Shown: one piece after another, positions 11,274 to 23,756 of the stretch
Position numbering within the stretch: the first letter of the stretch is position 1
Layout of the letters: each line of letters opens with the position of its first letter
Assembly (NCBI GenBank): GCA_001179505.1
Contig: CDMY01000607.1
Span: 1-43,619, forward strand
DNA length: 43,619 nucleotides
Origin: Vitrella brassicaformis CCMP3155
Lineage: Eukaryota > Protista > Chromerida
Direction: 5' to 3'
Notes under the pieces: generated by a model
What the model saw: the letters and a program-made list of their open reading frames with translations, nothing else
The model's database searches: none
What the model was told of the DNA's origin: nothing
Program-made: the position numbers and the translations under genes

Positions 11274-14200
11274 TACATCTAGATGTGGATGTGTGGATAT
11301 GTCTGTGGGTGTGGGGCTGGCAGGGGTGGGTTCCGACAGACCGTGCAGATCTGCTGCACTTTGGTGAGGATTGCGCGGAAGTTCTCCTTGTGCTCAGCCA
11401 GGCCCGTCGTCTCCCAGCCAGACTGACACACACACACACATAGAGAGAGGGACAGAGAGAGAGAGCGACGAATCCACACACCCCCTCCCTCCCTCCCTCC
11501 GCCCGCCCGCCCGCCCGCCCGCCCACCATCTCAGTGATGTCCTCGAGCAGCTGCCTCTGATCGGGGGTGTCGGTGCGCTGCCCCTCATGAAGCGACTTCC
11601 GATACATCTCCTTCTGGTGCGTCGACGGCTCCGATCGCAAGATCCCCAGCTGCAGCCACAGGGAGCGCCGCACTTGTGGCGGGAACCCCCCGTAATACAG
11701 CGATTCCAGTGCTTCGAGTTGCGCCTTGGCAGCGAGGCCGGCGTTGAGCCACTTCACCCTCAGTTGAGCGAGGTCTGTGAGAGGCTGGTGGCTGAGGGGC
11801 GGGATTGTGGCCGGCAATTCTTTCTGCTGGCCGTCGGCGTCCCTGCCGGTGACCATCTCCTGTGAGACGACTCGCGTGGTGAAGTCGGCGAAGGCCATCC
11901 GCTGCCGCTGCACCTCACAGTGGTGGTGGGCGTCGGAGTGCAGAAACCTTACACACACACACACACATAGACCCGGGAAGTTTAGTGGGGGCGTTGGGCA
12001 CCCAGCAGCTCACTTTTCCTTCTGCGCGAGGATGAACCGGTATTTGGGCACGGGCAACTCGCTGGGGCGCTGTGCTCTCAATACCTCCAGTTCCTTCCTC
12101 TCCTTCTCTGTTGCGCCTTGCGCTTCGGCTCTCCTGGTCGCTGCCGCGAGGGCGGCCTTGAGATCCTCCTCCTCACGGCGAATGGCCTTCCGAAGCCGGT
12201 CGATCTCCTCGGGAGGCATCCCACTGCACACACAGATCCATCATCCATCCATCCAGAAGTGCGTGTGCAGGGTGGGTGTTGGGTTCACCTGATGTAGGCC
12301 TCGAAGACGCTCTTGCGGTTGGAGATGAGGTTGGGCTCGTACTGGCCGAAGTGCACAGGCATCCCGAAGGCGTCAGGGAGGGTGGAGGACGTCTCGACGA
12401 GCATCGAGAGGTAAGCCTGACGCACACAGAGACAGACACACAGAGAGAGGGAGGGGGCCGTTTCGGTGTCATGCAATCAACCACAGACACGCCCGCATTG
12501 ACCTTTGCCGAAGGGGCTTCGAATGCCGCGGTGAGGAGCTGAGTGCGGTCCGAGGGGATGAAGCGCGTCATGATGTGGATGTCGCCCACTGAGTCCTCAA
12601 TCGGCTGATGGATGTATATGACGTCCACACACACACACACACACACACGGGCGCATGGGCGGAGAGCGTTGCTAAGCAGCACATCGAGCGACATACCTTT
12701 AGAGGCCGCCAGATGTTCTGGAAGGGCTCCGTGGCCTTCATCAGGCTGTCCACAGGGATGGACACAGAGCCCATAGGGTACTGCACACACCCCACAAGCC
12801 CCACACATGCCGCAATGCTGTGTGTGTGTGTGTGTGTGCCTGCGTACCTGTATGGCGAGCTTGCGCGTGGCGGGGTCGGTCTCCTGCCACACCATGAGCT
12901 CGATCTCCAAATCTGGCATCTCGTCCTGACCTTCCTCCGGCACTGGCTTGGGCACCAACTCGGGAGTCCGGAACACAAAACCACCTAGTACACACCACAC
13001 ACCGACGGAGAGATGGATGGGTGGCCACACACAGAGGGAGAAGGGCATGCCTGTGCTTCTGAGTTCTTGGATGGCGCTCCACTTTGGGTGTGCAGTCTGC
13101 AGGATGGCGGGGCTCTTGATGAGGCCGTCGTAGCTCTGCACCTCCGTCTGGTCGTTGGCAAGCTTCAGCCTGGTTGGTCGAGCGATTGATCGACACACAA
13201 AACAATATGGATGCACTCAAGGCACGGTTTCATTCTCTCTCTCTCCCTCTCTCTCTCCCTCTCTGTGTGTGTGTGCTTGGTTGGCACCTGAACGTGACGA
13301 TGGAGTTTATGGTGTTGTCTAGGTTGCGCTTCATCTGCATCTTCTGGACGGACTGCCCGGGCACCACGTCCAACGCTCGCCTGTTGTCACACACACACAC
13401 ACGCACACACGGAAAGGATGTCCTTGTTGCGTTGCGTTGCGTGGGGGGCTGAGGGCTTTGTGTGCGTACTTGATGTTGCTGCGCACACCGAACTGGTCAG
13501 TGCTCTTGAGGTTGATGGCCTCCACCAGCACCACCTCGATCTTCCCCGCCTGTCGCCTACACACACGAGCACCCACACACAAACACTCACACCCATCTCT
13601 CTCTCCCTCTCTCTCTCTCTGTCTGTGTGCAGTCCCTGACACCCACATGAGCTGAGGGTCGCCCCACAGGTGCCGGAGCAGCCTCCTTCGAGCGGTCGTC
13701 TCGTCGGCCACCATGTAGTTCTGCACCTTGAGCATCTGGCTGTAGTGCTCCTGGCGGATGGCGATGTTGAGCACCCGGGCGAAGTCGTGCATCTCTTTCT
13801 CTGTGGGGAACTTGATGGACGCCGTCCACTCGTAGTCGCACACAGAGGGATTGGCGTCCCAGGGAAGCGGGGCGGACCTGGGCCGCACGTAGCACTTCTC
13901 GACGACCTCGGGGGAGGACGACTGCCCTCCTGAGGTGCGAGCGGCCTCCCGGCTGGCGGCCTCTTCGGCCTCTTGGCTGGCGGCCTTCATGATGTCCTCT
14001 GCCGTCGTGCACGAACAGTCGTAGATGGGCACACCTACACCACACCACACACAACACACTCCTATGTGCGCCGGGTTGTTGCTCGCTGGTCTACACATAC
14101 CAGCTTCGAAGATGGGCTCGATCTGCGACAGGTGGATCCGCTTCACCAGCTGCTTGTACAGGTCGTCCCACCCCTGCGCCGCACCGCCACCAACACCACC

Positions 14201-15958
14201 ACCCTGCTGCTGCTGCTGCTGCTGGATCTTCTTCAGGAACTCGGGCGGCAGAGCGACGTCGGCCGTGCCATCGGGATACACCGACAAGACCGTGACAGGC
14301 AGCTGATCGGCCAGCAGAGGGAGACACATTCGGATGGGGAGAGTGGGGTGGTGTGTGTGTGTGTGTGTGTTTGTGTGCGTGGTCACGGGTTTCTTGAGGT
14401 GTGTGAGTTGCTCGACGGCTTTGTTGATGATGAGGTTGGCGTTGTCGCCGAGGATGCGGTGCCAGACGCCGGGGAACTTGCCCAACACGAACTCCTGCTC
14501 GGACGCTGGCAGCACAAACTTGTGGGGGATGACGTCCTGCACACACACACAGGTGATGTGAGAGGTCTGCCTTGTGTAGGCGTGTGTTCTGGTGTGGCTT
14601 ACGGAGCAGTAGACGGGAATGCGGTGAGGCTCCAATTTCATGCCCAGTAACTCCAAACCCTACACACACACACATGGCGGATGTCCACTTGTCTGTCTCT
14701 CTCTCTCTCTCTCTCTGTGCATGTGTCTGTAGAGGGCTGGTGGCCACCAGTGGCCCACCGATGCTTTGAACTCCCACGCGGTGGCGGGTTCGCGCAGCGG
14801 AGCAGGCCACGGCTGCCCGCTTCTGGCGTACGTCTGGACACCCACACACAGAGAGGACGACCTGTATATGTGTGGGAAAGCCGCCGTTGGGGTGTGCCTG
14901 ACGGCTGACCTGCTGGTCGTTCTCCTTATAGGTGCCTGGGAGGAATCGCCGGCGGTAGGCGCGCTCGTCCTGCCCAATCGGCACCAACCAACACAGTGGA
15001 CGGAGGCCGCTGTGTGTGTGTGTGTGTGTGTCAAGGTACCTGCGGGTATCTCATGGGCTCCTCCATCATGAGCAGGGCCTGGCAGCCCGGGAAGATGCGC
15101 TTCGGGAGCAACACACGCTCCTACACACACACACACACACAGAGAGAGAGACTTCTGCTGCCTTGTTCCGCCTCTGTGTCAGGGTGTGTGTGTGTGTGTG
15201 TGGCGCCAAAGTACCTGTGGGTCGGGAGCATGGCCCTGCACCCACGCGCGATCCCTGCAAACACACAAACAACCACACACAGCCGACAAAATCAATCTAC
15301 ACCGACCAATGGACGTGTTCGTGTGTGTGTGTGTGTGTGTATGTACGCCACGCACCTGAGGCAGAGGTCCACCATGCACCTGGGGACCGTGCGCTGGAGC
15401 TCGACCTTGGTGTACATCTGCCTGAGCTTCTGGGGCGAGTAGTCGTACTGCTTGATTTTGTCGTCGCCGCAGAAGGGGACGTCCACCCTCTCGCGAAGCA
15501 TGTTCACAACCATGCCCTCCAAGTCGATCAACGCCCTGGAAAATGCGATCCATCCATCCATCCATCCACCCACTCTCTCTCTCTCTGCCGGCCACTCTGT
15601 GTGTGTGTGAGGGGGGGGAGTCTGTCTGTCTTACCTGCCGATGACGGTTGGTTCAGACGGTGTGGCCTTGCCCTCTCCCCTGAGAAGTCACACACACAAA
15701 TAATAAGGACACGCAATGGCGCCCACGCATCGAGACAGCCAGGTACCCACTCACCTGCCGAACTCCGTGAGCACAGGGGCGTCCATCTTGAGCAGGGTGA
15801 CTTCCACGACGGGCTGCCCCTGTGGGTGGGTGCGGTACATGGCCGAATGCGGCGGGATGGGCAGGAACACCCTGGTGCCGTTGAAGGGCAGGTGGTTAGC
15901 CGACACCACGCCGAAATCCCCACTCGACGACCCCGATGCATCACTGCAACACACCAGA

Positions 15959-15994
<36 letters not shown>

Positions 15995-16633
15995 GGTGTG
16001 GGGGCGTACGTCCTTTGTGTTGGGGGGGGCTCATTGATGCCGAGCATTCGGCCGGTGATCCGCCTGCGCCACGGCGACAGCACCCGCACCGACCCGCAGC
16101 GGACCTCGAAGTAGTACAGCTGCGGTCGCCTGTCATCATCTGCACGCACCAACACACACACCCATAATGACGCGGGTCGGTGTGTTTGTGTGGTGCCTCT
16201 GGTGCATGGTTACTTCCGAGGTCGTCCTTGGCGAACTGCAGTGTCCAGAAGTCGATCTGCAGGTAGCTGCCCACCTCCCCGGAGGCCTCAGCGCTGGGCA
16301 GCTTGGCCGTCGACCTGTCCCACCCAGCCGACACATCCATCCATCCATCAAGGCCATTTGTGACGCCCGGATGAGATTGCCCGCTCACTTGGTGTGTGCG
16401 TCGACGGGAGCGAGGTAGGCATGGGAGTGAGACGTGTAGAGGGCCGAGTAGGGTCCCATGCCCACGCTCTCGGGGCACATCGGCTTGGCGGCGATGTCGT
16501 GCATCACGCTTTTCTTGACCGTGTACTCGACCTCGATGAAGCCGTAGCGCTCCGTCGGCTTGTGCCAGGCGCCCAAGGAGTCCTCAGGCCTTTCACGCGC
16601 ACATTGGAACACACACAGATGCGGGAAGAGGTC

Positions 16634-16665
<32 letters not shown>

Positions 16666-19600
16666 GGNNNNNNNNNNNNNNNNNNNNNNNNNNNNNNNNN
16701 NNNNNNNNNNNNNNNNNNNNNNNNNNNNNNNNNNNNNNNNNNNNNNNNNNNNNNNNNNNNNNNNNNNNNNNNNNNNNNNNNNNNNNNNNNNNNNNNNNNN
16801 NNNNNNNNNNNNNNNNNNNNNNNNNNNNNNNNNNNNNNNNNNNNNNNNNNNNNNNNNNNNNNNNNNNNNNNNNNNNNNNNNNNNNNNNNNNNNNNNNNNN
16901 NNNNNNNNNNNNNNNNNNNNNNNNNNNNNNNNNNNNNNNNNNNNNNNNNNNNNNNNNNNNNNNNNNNGGGGGGGGGGAGCTGGGGTACCTGAGCGGGACT
17001 CTGAAGAATTTCTTGGTGCCGTCTATGTTGAGGGGCGTCTTTTCGTCCTGGGCCTTCTCGGTGTCCTTCTGGCCCTTCTGGTCCTTCTCGTCTTTGGTCT
17101 CGACCCCCTTGAGCATGTCGGCGATGGGCAGGCTGCCCGTCAGGTAGCACCTCTTGCGCAGCCGCCGCCCGTCACCCTGCTTGTTCCCCCCACACACACA
17201 CAGACACACAGACCCAATCATATGAGCGTGTGTGTCTGAGTCTTATGTGTCTGTCTGATGGCACTGCACTGACCGCTTCCTCTGCCTCAGGGTCCGACGC
17301 AGATGTGGAAGCAATCGAGCGCATCCCTGCACACCACACCCATTCCATCGTCAAGTGGAGGTATGGGTGATGGGTGGAGATGGCGTACCAGGTGAGCCGA
17401 GTGAGGTGGGGGCCTGGGTGGAGACCCGATCCCGCTGCCACACGTCGAAGAGCACGTCCTCCTTGCCCACCACCGAATGCAGCGCATCCACATACGCTGA
17501 TGACACACCAGACCAGATGCACAATCACACACGACACAGACACCTACGCAGTTGGTCCATCTGGAGTGTGCGTGTATGTGTGTGTGTGTGGAGCTCACCG
17601 AGGTCCTCTGCTGTATTTCCGCAGATGGGGATGTCTACGGTGAGTTCCATGGCGTAGTTGGGGCGGTCGCCCTCGTGGTGGTTGGGGCTCAGGAAGCGGT
17701 GGTTGAGGAGATGCACACTCAGCTCGGTCTCCAGGGCACCGCTGCCTGCACCATGCAGTAAAAATGAAGACAGACACACATCCATCCATCCATTCGTCAG
17801 ACGGACAGATGAGAAGAGAAAGGTACCGACCGCCGCTTCTCGGTGTGGCGCCGGATGAAGCCGATGTGGCTGCACACACACACACACACACACGCACAGA
17901 CAACACACACACGTAGCGTGGAGCACCCCACCCATTCCCGCCTCCCTCCCACCTTGTGTGGACGGCCGCTCGCCATCGGGTGTGACCGACGCTTTCCCAA
18001 TCGTCAGGCTGATGCTCAGGCTCATCGGCGGCGGCGGCGGCGGCTGCTGGCCTGCGAGAGAAGCCGACCCACCCACCACTTGGATGGGCGGCACGGCGCG
18101 CTTGGCGAACGTGACGCCCTTGACGGACAGGGATGGCGCCTTCTGTGTGGTCTCCTTCTCGGCTGCAGCGGCAGCAGGAGGTGTATCGTCCTGGTCCGCC
18201 GCCTCTCCGCCCTCCAAGTGTTCTTCTTCTCCTCCTTTGTCGTCTTGCTCGATGGCCTGGTTGATGGCGTCGCGCAAAGTCTCGCCGTTCTCCTGCATGA
18301 AGCAGCGAGAGGTGTCTGTGGTTGGCTTGGGTTGGTGGATTCAGCTTCGTCTCTCTCTACCTGTCCGCACAGCTTGTTGATTTTGTCAACGAACCCGGGG
18401 GAGGGGTAGATGCGGAATCGCACGAGGGATGACCTCTCCTTCGCCCTTCAAAGACACACACACGCACCACAGAGAGAGAGAGAGAGAAAGGCGTGTGTGT
18501 GCGTCTGTCTGTCCATGTGCTGTGCTGTGCCGACGGACCTACCTGGTGACACTGGCGAGCAGCACCTGATCGCTCCGCAATTGCAGCACCTGGTCGCCCC
18601 GCTCCCGCGGCACACCCAATGCCTGTGTGTGATCGCGACATAAAACACTACTACATTGACACACAAAGGGGGGTGGGGGGGGTGGGGGGGTTACTCGTCT
18701 GAGCATTTCTTGCAGCCGCTCCAGTTGGAGAGTGGCGTCACCCTGACACATCAAACACAGGACCAACACACACACACACACACACACACGAATGCCCCTT
18801 TTCCTCTCTCTCTCCCCGCTCCGATGTCTGTGTGGTGTGCGCACCTTGCCGTCGATGAGCTGGTCAGCGGTAGATGCGACGTGCACGTCCACCACAGCGT
18901 ACTCGTTGGCGCGAGTGGGCCGCACCTTTGGACCGCACAGCGTCAGCCAGTAGCCCTGGTCGACACACACACACATAGAGAGAGAGAGAAAGGGGTGTGT
19001 GACGGGCGGGAGAGGGGGAGGATGGATGTGTATGTGTGTGTGTGTGGGTGCGGACCTCTGAAGTGTCGCAGGCTACGACGTTCTCGCCCCCAGGCATCAG
19101 CTCGAGCAGAAACTCATTCAACATCTGCACACACGCACACACAGACGCGTGGCGCCTGTCCGCCTGTGCGCCTGTCCGTGTGTCCGTGTGTGTGGTGTGT
19201 GGTGTGTGGCGTGGAGGTCGCTGACCTGATTCTTGACTATGAAGGCCTGGGCGTCGATGCGCCGCGTGTTGACTACCACACTCGAAATCGATGACAACCT
19301 GCCACACACAGACACACACACACACATCCACCCCACACATGTGTGTGTCCGGCCGCTCAGCCAGCTCACTTGACGAAGTTGGAGAAGCTGGCCCGTGTGT
19401 TGGCGGCACCCGTCTCGTGCGATGGTGCGATGTTGAGGTGCCGCAACGAGTCGGAAGCAAACACGTGACACGTCTGCACCCGCAGTGGGGTCGCCGAGTA
19501 CTGCGCATCCTGCACCCCCAACACACACACACACAGAGTGACATCAGCTGCTGTGTTGTGTGTCGGGGGGGGATGGTCCAGGGCTACCCCGCTGGCCGTG

Positions 19601-20123
19601 TCAGGGTGCATCTTGATGGTCTGTGCGGCGTAGTACTCGCCGAAGTAGGTCTGCAGCACCTGCTCGCGCGTCTGGCAATCGAACGCCACGGCTACGAAGT
19701 GGCCCGTCCTGCGCCAAAGACACACACATGGGTGAATAGGCGTGTGTGTGAGAGGGGTAGTAGACCTACTTGATCTTGTTGAGAGGGAGCGCCTTCCTGA
19801 CGACGGACCACTGGCTCTTGTCAACGAGGGTCTTCTTGTGGCTGCGGAACTTGGTGCCGATCTTCTCGACTACCTGCAACTTCACCTGCACACACGCCCC
19901 ACGCACCCAACACCCAACCAAACACACACACACCACCATCCTGGAAATGCACCCATCCCGTGTCATCTCAGCTGCCCACCTGGTCCTCAGTCTGCCGCAG
20001 CTTCTCCTTCTGCTCGCGGGCCCGCTGGACCATGCCCCTGCGCACAAACAGACAGACAGACAGACAGACACAGTTAAAGAGAGAAAGAGAGAGAGAGATG
20101 ATGGGATAGCTGCCGTGTGCGGG

Positions 20124-20163
<40 letters not shown>

Positions 20164-22354
20164 GGTGTACGGTGTGTATGGAGGAGAGAGAGACATCCTG
20201 ACCTCATGATCTGTTTCTGCAGCTCCTCTTGCTGCTTCTTCTTCGCTATTTCCTTGGCGTAAGTGGCCTTCCACTTGGTGTAGCCCTTGGACAGCGGCAC
20301 GTGCAGCAGCCGACCCACCACGTTCCGAATCATGTTGCGCTTCTCCTTACGCTCCTCGTACTCGCCCCTGATGGCCTCCCAGCCCTGTTTGATGATGCAC
20401 CACACACACACACGCGCACACACACGGGGGGTGTGGGGGCTGCAGCGGGGCTGGTGACTGACCCTGCAGACAGCCGAGTTGATGATCTTCTGCACGCTGC
20501 GGTGCAGGAGGTCCACCTTGCTGAGGTCGCGCAGATGCCTGCAACACACACACACACAGAGAGAGAGATTCTCGCGTGTGTCGGTTGGGACTCACGAGCC
20601 CGCACCGCCCCGCACCGACCGTGCCGTCAGAATGGCGGTCTTCCAGGCCTCGGCGTGCTGGAGCTCGTGTGTGTAGAGGTACATGTAGCCGTAGGTCCTA
20701 TCGCCGCTCTTGAAGACGCGCTGGGGCGACAGCACCTTCACACGGTACTGGTCGACCCATTCAACGAATCACACACACAGGCAGACAAAGAAGTGAGTGA
20801 CACACACACACACACACACACACATGGGGAGCGCCAGGCTGACGCACGCACCTGGAATTGTTTGCCGGCGGCGTCTGAGAGGAATGGGGGGAAAATCTTC
20901 TGGCCCGCCGTGTTCTCCTCGATCTTCAACTTCTCCGGATCAACCTTCACACACACAACCGCACACACACCCACACAGCCACACAACCGCAGAGAGGGAG
21001 GTAGCCCACGAGGCTTTGTCTCTTTCTCCCTCTCCCTCTGTGTGTGTGGGGGGTGGGCTGGTTGGGGCGGTTGGGCGGCTTTGCTTACGTCTTTGATGTC
21101 GTAGACCTTTTTCCGCTCTCTGAGTGCGTCAGCGGGCGGCTCCTTGCTCTTGAAACAGGAGATCTTCCCCTTCTCCATCCGGAAATACCGCGGCCTACAC
21201 ACCACACCACAACACAACACGCCACAGCACAGATCTTCTGTGTGTCGGTGGGTATGGTGTGTGGTAGGGGGGGTGGGGGGGGCTGGCTGACTTGATGCCC
21301 TTGGACTTCTTGCCCTCCTTGCCCATGAAATCTCGTTTTGTGGCCGAGAAGGCCTCGTCGGCGGCCGACGACACCGGCACGGGGCCGTCCGGCTCCACGC
21401 TCACCGTCTCTTTGCCTTCACGCAACGACCTCAAACTCCGCTCCTGACACACACCGGTGGATGCACACATGCCATTTGGTGGGTCTGTGGGTGCTTGGCG
21501 TCAGTCACTCACCTCATTGAGTATCTTAGATTCGGTCTCCCTCTTCGCCGCCGGGTCGTCGTGAGGGAGGGCCTTCTTGGTGTCCTCGAGAGCTATCCAG
21601 GCCGGCACACATACACTCATGGTGCACACGCACAGGTGTTGTGTTGTGTTGTGTTGTGTGGTGTTGCGTGTGTACCCTTGATCTTGTGTTGGCACGCTGC
21701 GATGGAGAGGGCGGTCTTGAGCTTGCGACGGTACAAGGTGTCATCCCTCTGCACACACACTCACACACGACACATAGGGTGGCTGTTGTGCTGTTGTGCA
21801 CGTGTGTGTCGGGGGTGAGGTGTCTTTACCAGTTTTTTGCCCTCTTTGTCTTTGGTCTCCTTGACGGTGCCCTTGAGCCACCCCGCCGACACCTCCACAT
21901 TGCTCTTCTCGCCATTGCTATTCCTAAACACAAACTGAGTCTTCTCGCCCGGCTTCTGCACACACACACACACACACAGACATGCAGAGAGGACGCCATC
22001 TTTGGGTGCATTGGATGCATGCACACGCGCAATGTGTCAGGTGTGAGCAGGGGTCACACCCATACCTGCCCCGCCGGCCGGGGCTGCGACCCGGAGGACC
22101 GCGTGCTGCAGCAAGCACCAACCAGAAAAGACGCAGGAAGTTAAGAAATACGGCAAGGAGGAGGCTCATGTGTGCGTGGGTGGCCAGATGCGGCACCTCC
22201 CGCACACACATGCGCACTGGGGACACCTCCACACCCACTGGCCATGCTGCCAACACCCTGTGTGCCGTGTTTCTTACGTCATTTTGGATGTGAGCTGCGG
22301 TCAGATGGTCCGGTACGTCCTCACAGGCATCCCAACACGTGCATTCCCCCTCAT
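3244..22354 (-). CDS. Giant multi-exon protein: N-terminal PH-like domain, coiled coil, several C2 domains, TBC/Rab-GAP-like domain, EF-hand-like segment, further C2 domains
   Basis: Dozens of consecutive minus-strand GT-AG exons with coding-like frames. PH-like: KPRYFRMEKGKISCFKSKEP...LQHAEAWKTAILT. C2: AGKIEVVLVEAINLK, VLLEVWDQDPDPD, SANGLRMVDGNNSPDPFVRVW...CNPDWNQDNTF. TBC: GGFPPQVRRSLWLQL...FRLWDILF. Last exon ends KAKATAASQET-TAG at 3244. The start (ATG 22354; tentative exons 22354-~22317 and ~22105-22066) is uncertain. Not every junction was verified and two N gaps fall in introns, so a split into two genes cannot be excluded. Confidence 0.7.
4990..7985 (-). other. C-terminal C2-domain region of the giant gene
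   Basis: Exons encode GKGRLTVHVDAIHFF...EPYIQVYY, AVLLEVWDQDPDPD...LLGECWLPSLSSL, VKGTVSVRAKWEY...GRLHLKLL|SANGLRMVDGNNSPDPFVRVWL and CNPDWNQDNTFDIKL, which are typical C2 strand/loop motifs. Confidence 0.75.
8900..9480 (-). other. EF-hand-like segment following the TBC domain
   Basis: IDFQNF...LNLQEILTALIVTCHGTASRKALQLFR resembles the FxEF..L...G...EKL..F EF-hand motif found after TBC domains in TBC1D8/9-type and recoverin-type proteins. Confidence 0.5.
9521..9820. other. Assembly gap (300 N) in an intron, flanked by poly-G
   Basis: N run bounded by G homopolymers. Confidence 0.98.
10200..11760 (-). other. TBC (Rab-GAP) domain region of the giant gene, apparently non-catalytic
   Basis: YYGGFPPQVRRSLWLQLG...QLLEDITEM|SGW...ICT|ALIAF...IKYSKSIALVALHML...EEVFWLI...FFYPAFMRLYAGILPNHSLFRLWDILF...SLICLAYAVI follows the TBC motif order. 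Confidence 0.75.
16668..16967. other. Assembly gap (300 N) in an intron, flanked by poly-G
   Basis: N run bounded by G homopolymers. Confidence 0.98.
20615..21330 (-). other. PH-like domain region of the giant gene
   Basis: FMGKEGKKSKGIK|PRYFRMEKGKISCFKSKE...YRVKVLSPQRVF...YMYLYTHELQHAEAWKTAILT: beta-strand pattern plus a terminal helix with the invariant PH-domain Trp. Confidence 0.6.
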
Positions 22355-22506
22355 CTCCTCTATATCATCGTCCGCGAGCGTGGATGGCGATCCGTTCTTC
22401 GTTGCGAGCTTAGAAGAGGCAAAGGCACGAGACGAGGCGGCTGCTGCAGAGCTGTTTGTGAGTCTTGCTTGTTGTGTGAGTGATTTGGTTGATTGAGGCG
22501 TGCGAG

Positions 22507-23232
22507 ATGAGCACAGTGGAGAAGAGCAATGACCTCAGCAAGAGCAACATCGTCTACTTCTATGACGGTAGGTAGCTCACTCACAGCCAAGCCAAGCCAA
22601 GCCACACAAGCAAACAGGCAGATCCACTCCACTCGACGCCCACGCAATGTGTCAGCGACTCACTTTCTCTGCATGTCCTGTGTGTGCTGTGTGTTGTGTG
22701 TGTTGTGACTGTGTCAGAGATGGTCGGCAACTTTCACTATGGCTACGGCCACCCGATGAAGCCGCACCGCATCAGGATGACACACGATCTCGTGCAGTCT
22801 TACGGACTCCTCGATGGGCTCAAAGTCGTGGTACTGCACACAAGCACAGCACACCCACACACACCCTGGCGACTCTCTGTGCCCATGGACGGACTCCTGT
22901 GTGTGCAGGAGCCGAAGCCGCTGACGTTCACCGACTTCACCAAGTTCCACACGGACGACTACATTGAGTTCCTGCAGTCGGTCACGCGGAGGAACCAGCA
23001 GGAGCTGGGCGACCAGATGCAGCACTGTAAGCGAAGCACACACGCGGTGGTCGCCGTTCATTCGTGTGTCGTCTGCCTGGATGGATGGATGGATGGATCG
23101 TGTGTGTCATCAGTCAATGTGGGTGAGGACTGTCCCATCTTCGACGGGCTTTACGACTTCTGCAATATCTACTCGGCGGGGTCTGTCGGTAAGGCTGCTA
23201 GCAGCCACCCACCACTGCAGGAACTCCGGTGA

Positions 23233-23266
<34 letters not shown>

Positions 23267-23725
23267 GGTGGTGCCAACATTCTCAACCACAACAAGGCGA
23301 GCATCGCCATCAACTGGGCCGGCGGGCTGCACCACGGCAAGAAACACGAAGCCTCAGGTACCCCCCCCCCCCCCCCCNNNNNNNNNNNNNNNNNNNNNNN
23401 NNNNNNNNNNNNNNNNNNNNNNNNNNNNNNNNNNNNNNNNNNNNNNNNNNNNNNNNNNNNNNNNNNNNNNNNNNNNNNNNNNNNNNNNNNNNNNNNNNNN
23501 NNNNNNNNNNNNNNNNNNNNNNNNNNNNNNNNNNNNNNNNNNNNNNNNNNNNNNNNNNNNNNNNNNNNNNNNNNNNNNNNNNNNNNNNNNNNNNNNNNNN
23601 NNNNNNNNNNNNNNNNNNNNNNNNNNNNNNNNNNNNNNNNNNNNNNNNNNNNNNNNNNNNNNNNNNNNNNNNNNNNNTCCCCCCCCCCCCCCTCCACACC
23701 ACCGCTCACACACGAGGCCCACTTC

Positions 23726-23756
<31 letters not shown>

